From Acidimicrobiales bacterium (lineage in GTDB: Bacteria; Actinomycetota; Acidimicrobiia; Acidimicrobiales; CADCSY01): a stretch of DNA of 64,000 bases. Of this stretch, positions 63,624 through 64,000 are shown piece by piece (within the stretch, counting starts at the first letter, position 1; each line of letters begins with the position of its first letter). The stretch is from positions 4,410-68,409 of the forward strand of contig JAUJNB010000013.1 in assembly GCA_030446545.1 (NCBI GenBank), written 5' to 3'. The position numbers and the translations under genes were made by a program. Under the pieces are notes generated by a model that saw nothing but the letters and a program-made list of their open reading frames with translations, did not search any database and was not told the DNA's origin.

Positions 63624-64000
63624 TCACCAGTCCACCTCCTCAGCGTGGTCGTCTGCCCAGCTCCGTTCCTGCCACTGCCACTCGATCGGGGGCACCCGGG
63701 CGGAGGGCAGCACGTCGAACCTCCCCGAGCCGGGCGGCAGCTCGAAGCGCAAGGTGAGGCTCCGCTGCTCGCCTCGCGGCACCTCCACGGGCACGGCGAC
63801 CACCCTCGTCGGCCCGTCGGCTCCGGCCACCGCCAGCGAGTCGTAGCCGTCGAATCGTCCGGCCCCTGCGGCGCCGGGCAGGGTGGCGGCCACCAGGCCG
63901 ACGTAGGTCCCCGGCGCCACCTGGAGCGGCGGCGTCGGTCCGAGGATGTAGGGCGGTTCGTCGGCGCTGACGGTGTTCTCCAGGGTCACCTTCACCGACA
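63624..64000 (-). CDS. C-terminus of probable DUF4012-type protein (runs off window)
   Basis: VTLENT..PPYILGP..Y..LP..PSAR pattern and EPS-locus context. Confidence 0.55.
   Translation of the reverse strand, partial: SVKVTLENTVSADEPPYILGPTPPLQVAPGTYVGLVAATLPGAAGAGRFDGYDSLAVAGADGPTRVVAVPVEVPRGEQRSLTLRFELPPGSGRFDVLPSARVPPIEWQWQERSWADDHAEEVDW

Overview
High-GC actinobacterial chromosome segment, most consistent with class Acidimicrobiia (inferred from gene content; not tested). Left to right: a decayed integration scar at the 3' end of tRNA-fMet; UPF0182; a DivIVA protein fused to a phage MuF-like domain; a FecR-like protein; an orphan histidine kinase; a PDZ/Lon protease; solo mreB; moaE; udgX; an AbiEi/DUF559 gene; the GlgE alpha-glucan pathway with divergent glgP; assorted hydrolases and membrane proteins; glpX; the full atp operon; wecA; a second DivIVA-domain gene; and a more AT-rich exopolysaccharide island running off the right edge. 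Several genes, including essential atpG, carry 1-2 nt indels mostly at homopolymers, most likely long-read consensus errors. The best candidates for undescribed biology are (1) the kinase / FecR-like / DivIVA-MuF cassette, (2) four sigma28 (FliA/WhiG)-like promoters in front of envelope genes, and (3) GTTCT-ended palindromic repeats found at gene-truncation junctions and beside the DUF559 gene. No CRISPR array or rRNA was seen. All calls come from motif recognition by eye; no searches were run.
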